A program made the translations under genes and the position numbers. A DNA stretch of 64,000 bases from the human T2T-CHM13v2.0 reference genome, Homo sapiens, in the NCBI RefSeq assembly GCF_009914755.1, contig NC_060946.1; one strand, written 5' to 3'. Under the pieces are notes generated by a model. The model had not been told where the DNA came from and searched no databases. It worked only from the letters and a program-made list of their open reading frames with translations. Positions 1-13,800 of the stretch are shown here, in pieces (within the stretch, counting starts at the first letter, position 1; every line of letters starts with the position of its first letter).

Positions 1-3000
1 AATGGAGTGCAATGGAATGCAGTGGTGTTGAGTGAAGTGGAATCGAACCGAGAGGAATGGCATGGAATGGAGTGGAAAGGAGTGGATTGGATAGGAATGC
101 AATGTAGTGGAGTGGAGTACAATGGAAAGGAATGGAATGGAGTGGAAAGAAATGGAATGGAAATAAATGGAATGGAATGGAAAGGAATGGAATGGAATGG
201 AATGGAAAGGAAAGGAGTGTTGTGGAGTGTAGAGGAGTGGAGTGGAATGGAATGGAGTGGATTGGAACGGAGTGGAGTGGAATGGAAAGCATTATAATGG
301 AGTGGTATACAGTGGAGTTGAGTGGAATGAAATGGAGTGCAGTGGAGTGGAATGGAATGGAATGGAGTGGAGTGGAATGGAATAGATTGCAGTGGAGTGG
401 AATGGATTGGAGTGGAATTTAGAAGAGTGGAGGGGAATGGAATGGATTGGAATGGAATGTATGGGAATGGAATGCTATGGAATGGAGTAAAGTGGAATGC
501 ATTGGAGTTGAATGGAAAGGAGTGAAGTGGAATGGAATGGAACGGAGTGGAATGGAATGCAGTGGAGTGGAGTGGAAGGGAATGGAGACGAATGGAATGG
601 AATGGTGTGGAATGGAGTGGAATGGAGAGGAAAGGCGTGCAATGGAATGGAAAGGAATGGAATGCAGTGAAGTTGAATGGAATGCAATGGAGTGAAGTGA
701 AATGGAATGGAATGGAATGGAATGCAATGGAATGCAATGGAATGGAATTTAGGGGAATTGAGTGGAGTGGTGTGGATTGGGGGAGTGGAGTGGAGTGGAA
801 TGGAATGGAGTGGAATGGAGTGGAAAGTAGTTGTGTGGAGTGGAATGTAATGGAGCAGAGTGGAATGGAATGTAGCGGAGTGGAATGGAATGGAATGGAG
901 TGAAATGGACTGGAATTGAATGGAGTGTAATGGAGAGAAGTGGAGTAGAGTGGTGTGTAGTGTAGGAGAATGCAATGGAATGGAAAGGAAGGGAATGGAA
1001 TGGGCTGAAATGGAACGGAATGTAATGGAATGGAATGGAGTGGAATTGAATGGAGTTGAGTGGAATTCAATGGAGTAGAATGGAATGGAGTGGAGTGGAA
1101 TGGAATGTAGTTGAGTGGAATGTTATGCAATGGAATGGAATGGATTGGAGTCGTATGCAGTGGAGTGTAATGGAGTGGTGTGGAATGCAGTGGAGTGGAG
1201 TATAATAGAATGGAATGGAGTGAAATGGAATGGGGTGGAGTTTAGTAGACTGGAGTGGAATCTAATTGAGTTGATATGTGTGGCGTGGAGTGGAGTGGAA
1301 TGGACTGGAGTGGAATAGAATGGAGTGGATTTGAACGGAATGGAATGGAATGGAATGGAATGGAATGGAATGGAATGGAATGGAGTGGAATGGATTGACC
1401 AGAAAGGAATACAGTGGAGTGGAATGGAATGGAGTGGCAAGGAATGGATGGCAATGGAGTGGAAAGAAATGAAGTGGTGTGGATTGGAATGGAATGGAAT
1501 GGAATGGAATGGAGTGGAGTGGAATGGAACTGAATGCAACGGAGTGGAGTAAAAAAGAGTTGATCAGAGTGGAAAGGAAGGGAATAGAATGGAAAGGAGT
1601 GGAATGGAATGGAATGGAATGGAGTGCAATAGAATGCCATGGAATGGAGTGGAATTGTTTGGAATGCAATGGAATTGAGAGGGGTGGAGTGGAGAGGAGA
1701 GGAGTGGAGTGGAATGGCATGGAGTGGAGTGGAATGGAGTCGAATATGTTCGAATGCCGTTGGATGGAGTGGAGTGAAATTAAATGGAGTGGAGTGGAAT
1801 GGAATGGAGTGCACTGGAATGAAATGGAATGGAGTGGAATGGATAGGAGTGGAGTGGAGTGGAGTGAAATGGACTGTAGTGGAATAGAAAGGATTGGAGT
1901 TGAGTGGAATGGATTGGAGTTGAATGGAGTGGACTGGAGCAGAATGGAAAGGAATTGAAGGGAATGGATTGGAATGCAGTGCAGTGGAATGGTGTGGAGA
2001 GCAGTTGATGGAGTGGAGTATAATGGAACGGAATGGAGTGGAGTGGAATGGAATGGAATGGAAAGGAATAGAGTGGAGTGGAATGGGGTGGAGTGGAGTG
2101 GAATGGAGTGGAATTGAATGGAATGGAAGGGAATGAAATGGAATGTAGTGGAGTGAAATGGAATGGATTGGAGGGGAATGGAATGGAGTGTAGTGGAATT
2201 TTGTGGAGACGAGTGGAATGGAGTGGAGTTTAGGAGACTGAAGTGGAGTGGAATGGAGTGGAGTGGAAGGGAATGGAACGGACTGGAATGGAATGGAATG
2301 GAATGGAATCCAGTGGAGTGGAATGGAAAGGAATGGAATAGAATGTACGGGAATGGAATTTAGTGGAGTGGAGTGGGGTGGCGTTTAGTGGAATGTAGTG
2401 GACTGGAATGGAATGGATTAGAATGGGGTGGAATAAAATGGAAAGAAATGGAATAGAATTGAATGTAAGGGAGTGGAGTGGAGAGGAGTGAAGTGGTGTG
2501 GAGTGGAAAGGAATGCAATGGAGTGGAATAGAGTGGAACGGAGCAGAATGGAATGGAGTGGAATGGAATTCAGTAGAGTGGAGTGGAGTGGAGGGGAATG
2601 CAATTTCATGGAGTTGAATGGAATGGAATGGAATATAGTGGAGTTGAATGGAATAGAGTGGAATGGAGTAGAATGGAATGGAATGTAAGGAATGGACTGG
2701 AGTGGAATGGAATGGAGTGGAATGGAATGGAAAGGATTGACATGGAATGGAGTCGGATTGAATGGAATGGAGTGGAGTGTAATGGAAAGGAGTGAGGTGG
2801 AATGGAGTGGATTGGAGTGGAGTGGAGTGGAATGGAGTGGGGTGGAATGGAGTGGACTGTAATGGAATGAAATGGATTGCAGTGGAATGGAGGGAAAGAA
2901 ATAGAGTAGAGTGGAATTGAATGGAATGCAATGGAATGGAATGCAGTGGAGTTGATTGGAAAGGAATGACGTGCAATACAATGGAGTGGGGTGCAGTGGA

Positions 3001-6000
3001 ATAGAATGGAAAGGAAAGGAATGGAATGGACGGGAATGGAATGGAGTGGAATGGAATGGAATGGAATGGAATGGATTGGAGTGGAAAGGAGTGGAGTGGA
3101 AACGAGTGGATTGGAATGGAATGGAATTTAATGGAATTTAATGGTATCTTGTGGAATTGAATGGAATGGAGTGGAATGGAATGAAATGGAAAGTTGTGCA
3201 ATTGAATGGAATGGAATGGATTGTAATGGAATGGAGGGGAGTGGAATGGAATGGAATGGGTTTGAATGGAATGAAATGGAGTGGAATTGATTGGAGAGGA
3301 ATGCATTGCAGTGGTGTGGAGTGGAATGGTACGGAAAGTAAGGGAGTGGAATGGTGTGGAGTGGAATGGAATGGATTGGAAAGCAATGCAGTGGAATGGA
3401 GTGGAGTCGAACTGAGTGGAGTAAATGGAATGGAGTGGAGTGGAAAGCAGTGGAGTGGAGTGCAATTGAATGGAATGGAGTGGAATGGAATGGAATGGAT
3501 TGGAGTGGGGTCGAATGGATTGGAGTGGAGTGGAATGGGATGGGGTTGACTGGAATGCAACGCAGTGCAGTGGAATGGAATGGAATGGAATGGAAGGGAG
3601 TGGAGTGGAATGAATTTCAGTGGAATGGAGTGGAGTCGAGTGACATGGAATGGAATGGAATGGAGTGGAATGAAATGGAATGGATTGAGTGGACTGGAAT
3701 CGAGTGGAATTGAGTGGTGAGGAGTGGAATGGAATGGAATGGAGTGTAATGGAGTGGAATGCAGTGGAGTGGAGTGGAATGTAATGAAATGGATTGGAAT
3801 TCAATGGAAAGTAGTGGAGTGGAATGGAATGGAGTGGTGTGGAACGGAGAGCAATTGACTGGAACGGACAGAAATGAATTATATGGAATGGAAGGAGATG
3901 GCAAGGAATGGAATGGAATCGTTTGTTGTGGAGTTAATAAGTGTGGAGAGGAGTGGAGTAGTGTGAAGTGGAATGGAGTGTAGTGGAATGGAGAGGACTG
4001 GAATGGAATTTAGGTGAGTGGAATGGAATTGAGTTGAATGGAATGAAATGGAATGGAATGGAGTGCTGTGGAATGGAGTGGGTTAGAAAGGAATGGAGTG
4101 GAGTGGAAAGAAATGACGTGGGATGGAATGGAGTGCATTGGAATGGAATGGAATGGAGTGGAGTGGAATGGAACGGAATGGAGTGACATGGAATGGAGTG
4201 TATTGGAGTGGAGTGGATTGGAATGGAATGGAGTGGAGTGAAATGGAATGGAGCGGAGAAAATGGAATGGAGTGGAACGGAAATGAATGGATTGGAAAGG
4301 AATGATATGGAGTGGAGTACAATGGAGTGGACTGAAGTGGAGTGGAGTGCAGCGGAGTGTAATGGAACGGAGTGCAGTGGAATAGACTGGAGTGGAATGG
4401 CATGGAGTAGAGTGGAATGGAGTGGAGTGCAGTGGAATGGAATGGAGTGGAGTGGTATCGAGTGAAGAGGAGTGGAATGGAATGGAGTGGAATGGAGTGG
4501 AATGGAGTAGAATGGTGTGGTGTGGAGTAGAATGTTGTGGAGTGGAATGGAGCAGAGGGGATTGGAATGGAATGGAGGGGAAGAGAATGTAGTAGAATGG
4601 AGTGGAATGGAGTGGAATGGAGTGCAGTGGAGTGGAATAAATGGACTGGAGTGGAATGGAATGGAATGCAGTGGAATGGAATGGAATGGAATGGAATGCA
4701 GTGGAATGGAATGGAATGGAATGGAATGGAGTGGAATGGAATGGAATGGAGTGGAATGGAGTGGAATGGAATGGAATGAAATGGAATGGAATGGAATGAC
4801 ATGGAGACGAGTGGATAGGAATGGAGTGGTGTGGAGTGGAATGCAATAGAATTTAGTGGAAAGGAGTAGAGTGAAATGGAATGGAATGGAGTGAAGTGGA
4901 ATGGAAAGGAATAGAATGAAATGGAGTTGAATGGAAAGGAGTGAAATGGAGTGGAGTGGAGTGGAATGGCATGGAATGGACTTGAATGGAGTGGAGTGGA
5001 ATGGAATGGAAAGGAAAGGAAAGGAATGGAAATTAAAGGAATGGAATGGAATGGAATGGAGGGCTGTGGAATGGAATGAAGTGGAGTGGAATAGAATGGA
5101 ATGGAATGCAATGGAATGGAATGGAATGAAACGAAGTGGAATTTAATGGAGTTTAGTGGAATGGAGAGATTGTAATGGATTGGAGTCGAGTAGTTTGGAA
5201 TGGAGTAGAGTGGATTGGAATGGAATGGGGTCGAACGGAATGGAGGGGAATGGAATGGAGGGGAATGGGCTGGAATGGAGTGGAACGGAATGCAGTGGAG
5301 TGGAATAAAATGGACTGGATAGGAACAGAGTGGAATGAAGTGGAATGGAATGGAGAGGAGTGGAGAGGAATGGAATGGAGAGGAGTAGAATGGAGTGGAA
5401 AGGAATGGAATGGAGAGGAATGGGGTGCAATGGAGAGAAGTGCATTGGAATGGAATGCACTGGAGTGGAATGGAATTCAGTGGAGTCTAATGGAATGGAG
5501 TGGAACGGAATGGAATGCAGTTTTGGGGAATGGAATGGAATGGAGTGGAGTACAGTGGTGTGGAGTGGAGTGGAGTGGAATGGAGTGGATTGGAGTGGAG
5601 TGGAGTGGAATAGAATGGAATGGAGTGAACTGAAATGGAATGTTGTGGAGTGTAGTGGAGTGCAGTGGCATGGAGTGGAGTGGCGTGGAGAAGAGTGGAA
5701 TGGAATGGAGTGTTGACGGGATGGAATGCAGTGGAGTGGAATGCAGTGGAGTGTAATGAAGTGGAGTGGAGTGGAATGGACTGGACTGGAATGAATGGAG
5801 TCGAATGGAGTGGAATTTAGTTGAGTTTATTGGAATCGAATGGAGTGGAGTGGAATGAAATGGGGTGGATTGGAGTGGGATGGAATGGGGTGGAGTGGAG
5901 TGGAGGGGAATGCAACGGAGATGATTGGAATGGCATTGAATGGAAATGAATTTAACGGAAGGGAATGAAATGAAATAGAATGGAATGGAGTGGGGTGGAA

Positions 6001-9000
6001 TGGAATGGAGTGGAATGGAGTGGAATGGATTGGAATAGAATGGAATGGGGTGGAATGGAATATAATGGAATGAAATGGAATGGATTGGAGTGGAGTGGAG
6101 TGCAATGGAGTGCAGTGGAGTGGAATGGAATGGAATGGAGTGGAATGGAGTGGAGAGGAATGGAATGGAGTAGAGTGGAATGCAGTGGAGTGGAATGAAA
6201 TTGAATGGAATGGAGGGGATTGTAATGTAATGGAATGGAGTGGAGTGGAGTGGAATAGAATGGAATTGAGTGAATGGAGTGGACTGGAGTGGAATTGAAT
6301 GCAGTTGAATGGACTGGATTGGAATGGCTTGGAATGGAATGGAATGGAATGGAAGTGAGTGGAGTGAAGTGGAGTGGAGTGGAATGGAATGGAGTTGAGA
6401 GTAACGGCATGACATAGATTGGAATGGAGAGGAGTAGAGAGGAATGCAATGGAGTGGAATGGAGTGGAGTAGAATGGAATGAAGTGGAGTGCACTGAAAT
6501 GGAGTGGACTAGAAAGGAGTGGAGAGGAATGCTTTGGAATGGAACAGAGAGGAGAGGAGCTGAGGAGTGTGGGATGGAATGGAATGGAGTGGAAAGGAAT
6601 TGAGTGAAGCGTAATAGAGTGGCATGGAGTGGAATAGAGAGGAATGGAATTAAGTGGAGTGGAATGGTATGGAGGGGAGTGGACTGGAGTGGAATGGAAA
6701 GGAGTGGAGTGGAATGGAATGGAATGGAGAGGACTGGACTGGAATGGAGTGGCATGGAATGGAATGGAGTGGAATGGAATGGAATGGAAAGGATTGCAGA
6801 GGAATGGAATGGAGTGAAATGAAATGAAGTGGATTGGAGTGGAATGGATTTCAGTAGGGTAGACTACAATGCAGTGGAGTGGAGTGCAGTGAAATGCAGT
6901 CGAATGTAATGGAGAGGAATGGAATGGAATGGAGTGGAGTGGAGTGGAGTGGAATGGAATGGCATAGAGATTAATGGTGTGGAGTGGAGTGGAAATGAAA
7001 GGAATGAAACGGAGTGGAATGGAATGGAATGGAATGGAATGGATTTTAATGGAATGGAGTGGAGTTGAGTGGAGTGGAGTGCAATGGAATGGAATAGAGT
7101 AGAGAGGAATGGAATGGAATGAGGTGGAATGGAGAGGAGTGGAATGGAATGGAATAGAGAGGAGTGGAATAGAGTGGACTGGAGTTGAGTGGAAAGAAAT
7201 GGAGTGGAATGGAATGAATTGGAGAGGAGAGGAGAGGAGTGGAATGGAATGGAATGTAGTACAGTGGAATTAAAAGGAGTGAAGAGGAATGAAGTGGATT
7301 GGAGTGGAATGGAGTGGAACAGAATGGATTATAGTGGAAGGGAATGGAGGGGATTTGAGTGGAGTGGAATGGACAGGATTGGAGTGGATTGGACTGGAAT
7401 GGACTGGAGTGGACTGGAATGGACTGGAGTGGAGTGGAATGGAATGGAGTGGAATGGAATGGAAAGGAAAGGATTTTAATGGAATGGAATGGAGTGTAGT
7501 GGAATGGAGTGGATTGGAGTGGCATGGATTGGAGTTGAATGGAATTGAGTCGAATGGATTGGACTGCAATAAAATGTAGTCCAGTGGAACGGAGTGGAGT
7601 GGATTGCAGTGGACTGGAATGGAGTGGAGTGCAGTGGCATAGAGAGGAGTGGAATGGAATGCAGTGGAATACAATGGTAAGGAATTCAATTGAATGGAGT
7701 GGAATGAAATGTAATGGAGTGGATTGAAGTGGATTGGAGTGGAATGGAATGGAATGGAATGGAGTGGAGTGGAGTGAGGTGGAATGGAGTGAAATGTAAT
7801 GGATTGGAATGGAGAGCATTGGAGTGTAAAGGGGGGAGTGGAATGGAATGGAGTGATGAATAGTAGAGTGGAATGGAGGGGAGTGGAGTGGAGTGGTGTA
7901 GAATGGAGTATAGTGGAGTGGAGTGGAACAGAGTGGAGTGAAATGGAGAGGAAGGGAATGGAATGTGGTGAAATTGAATGGAATGGATTTGAATGGAGTG
8001 GAATGGAGTGGAGTGGATTGGAAATGAATGCAGTAGAGTGGAATGGAATGGATTGGATTGCAATGCAATGGTATAGAATGCAATGGAGTGGAGTGGAGTG
8101 GATTGGAGTGAGTTTAAGCGGAATGGAATTTAATGGAGGGGAATGGAGTACATTGGAATGGAATCGAGTGGAGTGGAACGGAATGGAATGGAATGAAAAG
8201 GAATGAAGGTGAGTGGAATGGAGTGAAGTGGATTGGAGTGGAGTGGAAAGGAATGGAATGGAGGGGAATGGAGTGGAGAGGAATGGAGTGGAAAGGAATG
8301 CAGTGGAGTGGAATGAAACGGAGAGGAGTGGAATGGAATGGAATGGAGTTTAATGGAATGGATTTGAGTGGGGTGGACTGGAGTTGATTGGACTGGAATG
8401 GAGTGGAATGGAATGGAATGGAGTGGAATGGAGTGAAATGGAGTGCAATACTGTGAAATGGAATGGAGTGGAGTGAAATAGATTCTAATGGAATGGAGTG
8501 TATTGGATTGGAGTGGAGTTGAATTGAATTGAGTGGAATAGAGCGGAATGGAGTGGAACAAAGTGGAGTGAAATGGAATGAATTGGAGAGGCATAATATG
8601 GAGTGGAGTGGAAAGAGGTGCAGTGGAGTGGATTAGAGTGGAATGGAGTAGAGTGGAATGGAGAGGAGTGCAGTGGAGTGGAGTGCACTGGAATCGAGAG
8701 GAGTGGAATGGAGTGGAGTGCAGTGGAAGGGAGTGGAGTTGAACGGAATGGAGTGGAATGGAGTCGAAGGGAATTGAGCAGCATTAAATGGAGGGTACTA
8801 GAATGGAGTGGACCAGAGTGGGATTGATTAGGATGGAATGGAATGGAATGGAATGAATTAAATGCACGGCAATTTATAGGAATGGAATGGAATGAAATGC
8901 ACTGCAATTTATTGGAATGGAATGCAGTGGGTTGGAGTGGAGTGGAGTAGATTGGAGTGGAGTAGATTGGAGTGGCGTGGAATGGAGAGGAATAAAATGG

Positions 9001-10847
9001 ACTGAAGAGGAATGGTGTGGGATGGAATGGAATGAAGTGGAGTGGAGCGTAATTGAATAAAGTGGAGTGGAATGGAAAGGATTGGAATGAAATAGAGTGG
9101 AAAGGAATGGATTGGAGTGGAATGGAATGGAATGGAGTGGAATGGAGTAGAATGGAGTGGAGTGGAGTAGAGTGGAGTGGAGTGGAATGGAACGGGGTGG
9201 AGTGGAGTGGAAAGGAGTAAAATAGAATGGAATTTAGTGGAATGAAATGAAATGGAGTGGAGTGGAGTGGAATGCAATGGAATGGAGTTTAGTGGGATGC
9301 AATGGAATGGAAGGGAGGGGAATGTAATGAAATTAAATGGAGTGGAGTGGAGTGGAATGGAAGAGAATGGAGTGGAATGAATTGGAGTGCCGTGGAATTG
9401 AATGGAATAGAATGGAGTGGAATCAAATGGAAATTAATGGAATGGAATGGAATAGAGTGGAGTGGAGTGGAACGGAGTGGAATGGAATGTAGTAGAGAGG
9501 ACTGGAATGGCATGGAGTGAAAAGTAGAGGAGTGGAGAGGAGTGGAGTGGAATGGAATGGAGTGGAATGGAATGGAGTGGAATGGAATGGAGTGGCGCAG
9601 AATGAAATGGAATGTAAAGGAATGGAATGTATAGGAATGAAGTTTAATGGAGGGCAATGGAGTGGAGTATAATGGAATGGAATGGAGTTGAACGGAATGG
9701 AATGGAGTGCAATGGAATGGAGTTTAGTGGAGTGGAATGGAGTGGAGCGGAATGGAGTGGAGAGGAGTGGAACGGATAGAGTTGAATGGAATGGAATGGA
9801 TGGGCAAGGAAAGGAATGTAATCTATTGCAGTGGAGTCAAGTAGAGTGGAGTGAAGTGGATTGGAATGGAATGGAGTGGAATGGGGTGGTATGTTGTGGA
9901 GTGGAATGCAATGGGGCAGAATGGAATGCAATGGAGGGGGATGTAGTGGAATGGAAAGGAGTGGAATGGCGTGGAACAGAGTTGAATGCTGTGGAAGGAA
10001 ATGACCTGAAGTCTAAAGGAGTGGAAAGAAATGGAGTGAGGGGAATGGAATGGAATGGAGTGGAATGGAATAGAATGGAGTGGAGTGGAATAGAGTGGAG
10101 TGGAATGGAATGGAGTGGAATGGAGTGGAATGGAGTTGAGTTGGGTGGAATGGAGTGGAATGGAATGGAATTGGGTACAGTGGAATGGAGTAGTGTGGAG
10201 TGGAATAGAGTGGAATGGAAAGGGGTGGACGGGAAAGGAATGGAGTGGGGGGAATGGATTGGTGTGGAAAGGTATGGAATGGAATGGAATGGAATGAAGT
10301 GGAACGGAAAGGCATGGAATGGAATGGAAAGGAGTGGATTGGAGTGGAGTGGAATGGAATGGAGTGTAATGGAGTGTAATGAAATGGACTGGAATTGAAT
10401 GGAGTGGAGTGGTATGGAATGGAGTGCAATGGAATGGAATTGAATGGAATGGAGTGGAGGGGAGTGGAATGGAGTTGAGTAGAATGGAATGGAGTGGAGT
10501 GAAATGGAGTGGAGTGGAGTGGAATGGAGTGGAGTGGAGTGGAATGGAGTGGAAGGAAATGCAGTATAGTGAAACAGAATAGAGTGGAATGGAGTGGAAG
10601 GAAATGCAGTATAGTGAAACAGAATAGAGTGGAATGGAGTGGAGTGCTGTGGAGTGGAGTAGAATTGAGTGTAGTGTAATAGAGTGGAGTGAAATGGAAT
10701 GAAATGGAATGGAATGGAATGAGATGGAATGGAGTGGAGTTCACAGGAGTGGAATGGAATTGGATGGAAAGGAATTGAATGGATTGGAATGGAATGGAAT
10801 GCAATGGAATGGAATGCAATGGAATGGAATGCAATGGTGAAATGAAA
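1..10847 (+). repeat. Alu-free, strongly diverged pentamer subdomain of the satellite
   Basis: No GAGCTGAGATTGTGCCACTGCACTCCAGCC-like insert found before ~10,848. Pentamers are heavily substituted and pure GGAAT runs are short. Confidence 0.85.
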
Positions 10848-13800
10848 TGTGAACTGAGATAGTGCCACCATACTCCAGCCTGGGTGACAGAATGAGATCC
10901 TGTCGAAAGAAAGGAATGGAATGGAATGGAATGGAGTGAAATGGAAAGGAATGGAATAGAATGGAGTGGAGTGGAGTGGAATGGAGTGGAATGGAGTGGA
11001 ATGGACTAGGATTGAGTGGAATTAATGGAGTGGAGTGGAGAGGAATGGAGTGAAATGGAATGGGATGGAATGGAATGGAGTGGAATGGATTGAAGTGAAG
11101 TGGAATGGAGTGGAGTTGATTGGAGTGGAGTGGAATGGAGTGGAATGCAATGGAATGGGATGGTATGGAACGGAATGGAGGGGAGGGGAGGGGAGGGGAT
11201 TGGAGTGGAATGGAATGGAGTGGAGTGGGATGGAATGGAATGGAAAGGAAAGGAATATAATGGAATGCCGAAATAAAATGTGAGCTGAGATTGTGCTACT
11301 GTATTGCAGCCTTTTTTGACACAGTGATATCCTGTTGAAAGAAGAGAATGGAACGGAATGGGGTTGAATGGAATGGCATGGATTCGAACGGAGTTGAGTG
11401 GAATGGAATGGAATAGAATGGAATGGAATGGAATGGAATGGAATGGAATGGAATGGAATGGAATGGAATGAAATGGAGTGGAGTGGAGTGGAGTGGATTG
11501 GAATGGAGTGGAGTGGAGTGGAGTGGAATGGCATGGAATGGAATGGAATGGAATGGAAAGAAATGGAAAGGGGAAATGAAATATGAGCTGAGATTGTGCC
11601 ACTGCACTACAGCCTGGGTGACAGAGTGAGATCCTGTCGAAAGAAAGGAATGGAATGGAATGGAATGGAGTGAAATGGAAAGGAATGGAATAGAATGGAG
11701 TGGAGTGGAGTGGAATGGAGTGGAATGCACTAGGATTGAGTGGAATTAATGGAGTGGAGTGGAGAGGAATGGAGTGAAATGGAATGGGATGGAATGGAAT
11801 GGAGTGGAGTGGACTGAAGTGAAGTGGAATGGAGTGGAGTTGATTGGAGTGGAGTGGAATGGAGTGGAATGCAATGGAATGGGATGGTATGGAATGGAAT
11901 GGAGGGGAGGGGAGGGGAGGGGATTGGAGTGGAATGGAGTGGAGTGGAGTGGGATGGAATGGAATGGAAAGGAAAGGAATATAATGGAGTGCTGAAATAA
12001 AATGTGAGCTGAGATTGTGCCACTTTATTGCAGCCTTTTTTGACACAGTGATATCCTGTTGAAAGAAGAGAATGGAACGGAATGGGGTTGAATGGAATGG
12101 AATGGAATGAAATGGAGTGGAGTGGAGTGGAGTGGAATGGAATGGAGTGGAGTGGAGTGGAGTGGAAAGGAATGGAGAGGAGCAGAGTGGAATGGAATGG
12201 AATGGTATGGAATGGATTGGAATGGAATGGAGAAATTAAATGTGAGCTAAGATTGTGCCACCACCGCACTCCAGTCTGTGTGACAGAGTGAGATCCATTC
12301 GAAATAAAGGAATGGAATGGAATGGAGTAGAATGGAATGACTGGAGTGGCGTGAAGCAGAGTGGAGTGGAGAGGAGTGGAGTGGAGTGGAGTGGAGTTGA
12401 ATGCAATGGAATGGAATGGTGAAATGAAATGTGAGCTGAGATTTTGCCATTGCACTCCATCCTGGGTGACAGAGTGAGATCCTGTCGAAAGAAAATACTG
12501 GAATGGAGTGGAGTGGAATGGAATGGAATAGAATGGAGTGGAGTGGAGTGGAGTGGAGTGGAGTGGAATGGCATGGAATGGAATGGAATGGAAAGAAATG
12601 GAAAGGGGAAATGAAATATGAGCTGAGATTGTGCCACTGCACTACAGCCTGGGTGACAGAGTGAGATCCTGTCGAAAGAAAATATTGGAATGGAATGGAG
12701 TGCAATGGAATGGAATAGAGTGGAGTGGAGTGGAAAGGAGTGGAATGGAATGGGATGGAATGAAATTGAGTGGAGTGGAGTAGGGTAGAGTGGAGTGGAG
12801 TGGAAAGGAATGGAGAGGAGTGGAGTGGAATGGAATGGAATGGAATGGAATGGAATGGAATGGAATGGTCAAAAGAAATATGTGTTGAGATTGTGCCACT
12901 GCGCTACAGCCTGTGTGACAGAGGGAGATCGGTCGAAAGAAAGGAGTGGAATGGAAGGGGTTGAAATGGAATGGAATGGATTGGAGCGGAGTGGATTGGA
13001 ATGGAATGGAGTGGATTGGAGTGCAGTGGAATGGAATGACATGGAATGAAATGGAATGGTAAAATGAAATGTGAGCTGAGATTGTGCACTGCACTCCAGC
13101 ATGGGTGACAGAGTAAGTTCCTGTCGAAAGAAAGTAATGGAAAGGAATGGATTTAGAATGGAATGCAATGTAATTTAATGGAATGAAGTGGAATGGAGTG
13201 GAGTGGAAATGAGTGGAATGGAATGGGATGGCATGGAAAGGAGTGGAGTGGACTGGAATGGAGTCGATTGCAGTGGAGTGGAATGTATTGGATTGGAGTG
13301 GAGTGAAGTGGAGTGGAATGGAATGCAATGGATTGGAATGGAAAAGAATGGAATGGAATGGTGAAATGAAATGTGAGCTGAGATTGTGCCACTGTGTTCC
13401 AGGTGGTTGAAAGAGTGAGATACTCTCAAAAGAATGGAATGGAATGGAATGCAGTGGAATGGAATGCAGCAGAATGGAATGGAATGGAGTGGACTGGAGT
13501 GCAGTGGAGTGGAGAGGGGTGAAGTGGAGTGCAGTGGAATGGAGCGGAATGGAATGGGATGGAGTGAAATGGAGTGGAGTGAAGTGCAGTGGAGTGGAGA
13601 GGAGAGGAATGGAGTGGAATGGAATCGGATGTAATGGAATGTAATGGAGTGGAGTGGAGTCGATTGGAATGGAATGCAATGCAATAGAATGCAATGCAAA
13701 GGAAAGTTGACATGTAATGTGCGCTGAGATTGTGCCACTGCACTCCAGCCTGTGTGACACAGTGATATCCTTTCGAAAGAAAGGGATGAAATACAATGGA

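Noticed and set aside
1-10847. Higher-order period in the Alu-free domain
   Set aside because: A few markers recur (ATGACGTG near 2967 and 4113; GGGGTCGAA near 3507 and 5227) but the offsets are inconsistent. This needs autocorrelation analysis.
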